A DNA stretch of 63,006 nt, filler included, from Octopus bimaculoides (Eukaryota): the NCBI RefSeq assembly GCF_001194135.2. It is 5 parts of 5 records of this genome, joined end to end, with 100 filler letters (N's around TTAATTAATTAA, not from the genome) between each part and the next. Parts side by side here need not be neighbours in the genome. Positions count along the whole stretch, not along the records: positions 55,496 to 60,579 come from NC_068988.1; positions 60,680 to 63,006 come from NC_068995.1; 3 more parts are not named here. One strand, written 5' to 3'. Shown piece by piece: positions 59,593 to 63,006 of the stretch (position 1 is its first letter; the number at the start of each line of letters is the position of its first letter). A program made the translations under genes and the position numbers. The notes below the pieces were generated by a model, which was given only the letters and a program-made list of their open reading frames with translations, ran no database searches and had not been told where the DNA came from.

Positions 59593-60014
59593 AATATTCT
59601 TCTCTTTTCTAGGCACAAGGCCCGAAATTTTTGGGGAGGAGACCAGTCGATTAGTTTAAATTCCGCCGAGATCGACTTTGGCTTTCATCCTTTCGGGGTT
59701 GGTAAATTAAGTACCAGTTACGCACTGGGATCGATATAATCGACTTAATCCCTTCGTCTGTCCTTGTTTGTCCCCTCTATGTTTGGCTCCTTGTGGGCAA
59801 TAAAAAAATAAGAAACGGTATCACACCGGGCGAAATGCTTAGCGATATTTCGTCTACCTTTACGTTCTGAGTTCAAATTCCGCCGAGGTCGACTTTGCCT
59901 TTCCTCATTTCGTGTTCGATAAATTAAGTACCAGTTGCGTACTGGGGTCGATCTAATCGACTGGTCCCCTCCCCCCAAATTTCGCACCTTGTGCCTAGAG
60001 TAAAAAAGAATATT
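59593..60014 (+). mobile_element. SINE family B composite with an inverted 3'-end copy at its left edge
   Basis: 59593-59654 is the reverse complement of 59953-60014; two plus-strand SINE-B bodies lie between. Confidence 0.8.
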
Positions 60015-60145
60015 TGCAATCTAACATGATTGGTTGTGTGTATGTATATATGGGTACACGCGTGAGTATGAATGTAACTGTAAACCTATAAATGTTTGGA
60101 TGAGTACGCGCGCGCGCGTCTAGATATAGGTCTACCTCAACTTAC

Positions 60146-60421
60146 GTGGAGGCGCAATGGCCCAGTGGTTAGAGCAACGGACTCGCGGTCATGAGATCGC
60201 GGTTTCGATTCCCAGACCGGGCGTTGTGAGTGTTTATTGAGCGAAAACACCTAAAGCTCCACGAGGCTCAACAGGGAATAGTGGCGAACCCTGCTGTACT
60301 CTTTCACCACAACTTTCTCTCACTCTTACTTCCTGTTTCTGTTGTGCCTGTAATTCAAAGGGTACACGTGTCTGTGGAGTGCTCAGCCACTTGCACGTTA
60401 ATTTCACGAGCATGCTGTTCG
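60146..60421 (+). mobile_element. tRNA-Arg-like SINE, family C
   Basis: GGCGCAATGGCCCAGTGGTTAG (A box), CTCGCGG loop (TCG), GGTTTCGATTCCC (B box), then a non-tRNA body. Confidence 0.8.
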
Positions 60422-60579
60422 GATTTTTGTGATTTGACGGGAAACATTTTTTTATGTAGTGTTTTTGGTACCGAAACACTTTCAAACTTCGAATAATTGT
60501 ATATTTTGTGGTATAGAACAGATAAAAAATTTTTGTATTCGAAGTTATTTCATGCAAAAAATTGTCGTATTTCGGTAAT

Positions 60580-60679
60580 NNNNNNNNNNNNNNNNNNNNN
60601 NNNNNNNNNNNNNNNNNNNNNNNTTAATTAATTAANNNNNNNNNNNNNNNNNNNNNNNNNNNNNNNNNNNNNNNNNNNN
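60580..60679. other. Artificial scaffolding spacer
   Basis: 44N-TTAATTAATTAA-44N. Confidence 0.95.
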
Positions 60680-60699
60680 ATATATATATATATATATAA

Positions 60700-60902
60700 C
60701 TATACATATATATCATGTGTGTATCGTTGGCAATTTTCTTCCTCCGTTTTCCCTTCTTTTGGACTTTCCTCTATTTCTGAAGAAGAGCTTTGCTCGAAAT
60801 GTTAAATCCTCTTTCCTTCCTTTCCTGAGCATCTAATAATACAGTACTTGTACCACATCCTCGCGTTATTGTTTTTTCTTGTTTGTTCTTCTTTCTTTAG
60901 AT

Positions 60903-60906
<4 letters not shown>
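60700..60906 (+). mobile_element. Solo PLE pseudo-LTR unit bounded by (TA)n
   Basis: Similar to 2050-2240; contains the hammerhead at 60773-60807; (TA)n on both sides. Confidence 0.65.
60773..60807 (+). ncRNA. Minimal type I hammerhead ribozyme motif, canonical core
   Basis: ATTT-CTGAAGA-A-GAGC-TTT-GCTC-GAAA-TGTT-AAAT; C15.2>T (CpG decay). Confidence 0.7.
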
Positions 60907-60939
<33 letters not shown>

Positions 60940-60949
60940 GTATATGTAC

Positions 60950-61004
<55 letters not shown>

Positions 61005-61019
61005 TACATACATATATAT

Positions 61020-61058
<39 letters not shown>

Positions 61059-61225
61059 GCTATATATATATATACACACAAACACACATACATCTATATA
61101 CACACACACATATACACACACACATACATGCACCTATATAAACATACATACAAATACAAGCAAACATACATTCATTCATACACACATGCATATGCACACA
61201 TGTATGTATGCATGTATTATATGTG
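60907..61225. repeat. (TA)n/(CA)n/(CATA)n compound microsatellite
   Basis: Direct reading. Confidence 0.95.
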
Positions 61226-61484
61226 TTTCTAAGATGGTAGACTATGATTTGACTCCTATTTCTATGGTAGTCAATAGATCTGGTCAACCTGACATACTGG
61301 CTGACCACTTCAGTGTCTTCATGTCCACACTCAAGAAAGGACAGAATCTCATCACAAGAAAAAAAATGAAACACTCATTATTTATATAGTCTCCAACTGC
61401 TTACAACAATGATCTCTACCCTCCCCATGAAATTTATTTATAGTTACATTGAGGTAATGCTCTAACAATGTATTGACAATATAT

Positions 61485-61880
61485 CTTGGCCATAATGGAG
61501 GGAAGTTGTGGAAGAGGGAGACCCAGGAAGACATGGGACAAAGTATTGACAGTCAATCTCAAAATGCTGAGGTGACAAAAGACTGAGATATGTGGTGCAT
61601 TACTATACTCAAGAAGACCTGCCCACCACAACAGAATGGAGATCCTAAAACTAAGGTACCATGGAAAAAACATTGGCATGGGTGCTGATACCACATAAAA
61701 AGCCTTGGTGTTGGTGCCACTTAAAAGCAGTGGTGATGGTGCCATGTAAAAATCACCCACTACACTCTGTAAAGTGGTTGGTATTAGGAAAAGCATCCAA
61801 CCATAGAAACCAAGCCAAAACAGACTATGGAACTTGGTGTGGCCCCTCGGCTTACCAGTTCCTATCAAGCCATCCAACCC
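61485..61880 (+). mobile_element. RTE-clade LINE 3' end
   Basis: MEGSCGRGRPRKTWDKVL C-terminus; UTR with degenerate GGTGCCAC.TAAAAGCA repeats and GTGGTTGGTATTAGGAAAAGCATCC, homologous to 1-219. Confidence 0.8.
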
Positions 61881-62429
61881 AATAAACAGCCATTCGCAAA
61901 CACAAATAAGCAACAATAACAAACAATTTACGGCACTTTCACATTTCCCTAATCACAATAAAACATATACCATGATGCATTTTCAAACAAAAATTTTATT
62001 AAAAAGGCTTTTTAATGTAATTTTTTCAATTCAAATTATTAAGAAAAAGTAAACAAATTAGTTAATATTCAAGATGAAATAACTATACAAAAATAACTTT
62101 GATTTTTATAAACTTTTAATAAGAAACTAGAAAGATTAAGATTTGAAGAATTGCATTTTATCGAAACACAAATATGTCACAAAAAAAAAAATAATTGGAT
62201 GAGTTTTTGTCGTTTGAGGGGAGATAATCCTGCAATAACTACATGCAATGTTGTGAGGAGGCTGTATGGAAAGATAGCTTGTTAGATGTGCGTGTTTAAG
62301 GTTTCTTACAACTGACATCAAGATGAACATTAAATTCCTTAATACAGGATTTCAATATAAATTACAATGACAATGGGAAAAAAAGTTAGCTTTCAATTGA
62401 TAAATATAATCATGAATGTGTGGTTAAGA

Positions 62430-62776
62430 TGTTCACTTCACATGCACATGGTTCTAGGTTCAATACCCACCCTTATGGCTAGTGTTTTGTAGTCCCTAGT
62501 TGACCAATACTTTGTGAATGGTATGCAATTGGGTGAAAATTGTGCAGAGACTCATTGTATGTGTGTATATGCATCCTTCACAGATTTCTGTTAGTGAAGG
62601 ATGTAAGTATTCTTTTCTACACTAGGCCAACAATTTTGGGGGAGGGGCCCAGTCGATTAGATCGACTCCAGTACGCAACTGGTACTCAATTTATTGACCC
62701 TGAAAGGATGAAAGGCAAAGTCGATCTCGGAGGAATTTGAACTCAGAACACAAAGACAGATGAAATGCTGCTAAGT
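62430..62776. mobile_element. Decayed SINE-A 5' part (+, 62430-62560) and SINE-B (-, 62608-62776)
   Basis: GTGTGGTTAAGATG...GGTTCAATACC; GTCGATTAGATCGACTCCAGTACGCAACTGGTAC...GAAAGGCAAAGTCGATCTCGG. Confidence 0.75.
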
Positions 62777-62942
62777 AGAACATTGTAAATATTGGCTAAA
62801 AAAATCAGTACTTTTAATTCAAAATCTTATGATAATATGCTCTGCATTGACTTTCTGACACTCCCTTGTCATCAGAAATGCAGTGAAGCAACAACTGATC
62901 TGGTGGAAATTTATAACCAACAATGCCTTTATACATGAACAG

Positions 62943-62944
<2 letters not shown>

Positions 62945-63006
<62 letters not shown>
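62945..63006. repeat. (TG)n microsatellite
   Basis: Direct reading. Confidence 0.98.

Noticed and set aside
60151-60225. tRNA-Arg(TCG) gene
   Set aside because: The acceptor stem does not close and the sequence continues into a SINE body with no poly-T terminator.
1-63006. CRISPR arrays, rRNA, or prokaryotic operons
   Set aside because: No regularly spaced repeat-spacer structure, no rRNA motifs and no gene-dense region. The recurring 200-450 bp sequences are dispersed SINEs.

Overview
Eukaryotic, AT-rich, microsatellite-dense DNA with many N gaps. The SINE, LINE and microsatellite inventory looks like a cephalopod (octopus) genome; that is an inference from repeat content, not a database result. 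Four identical 100-bp pads (44 N + TTAATTAATTAA + 44 N) at 18616, 37744, 55396 and 60580 are artificial scaffolding linkers, so adjacency across them is unreliable. No host protein-coding gene is recognisable. Almost every ORF in the track is a decayed transposable element or translated simple repeat. Elements present: restriction-like-endonuclease (RLE) LINEs of two kinds (Dong/R4-like copies at (TAA)n, including two near full-length tandem copies at ~47-54.8 kb, and a second group whose ends sit in (CATA)n); Penelope-like elements (PLEs) of at least two types; Tx1/L1, CR1-like and RTE LINE fragments; a Buster-type hAT; a DD37D-like Tc1/mariner; a MITE; Helitron/Helentron-type ends; a possible solo LTR; and three abundant tRNA-derived SINE families. 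Best leads: (1) a tRNA-like head-(AAT)n-hammerhead unit found twice, a candidate Pol III-driven ribozyme retroelement derived from a PLE terminus; (2) PLE-type minimal hammerheads, two of which keep intact helices but replace the catalytic-core A6 with a pyrimidine; (3) RLE LINEs apparently splitting between (TAA)n and (CATA)n targets; (4) a nested long-hairpin array at a PLE 3' end; (5) a SINE tail shared with a CR1-like LINE 3' end through a covarying stem-loop. All coordinates, alignments and counts were made by eye and may be off by a few bases.
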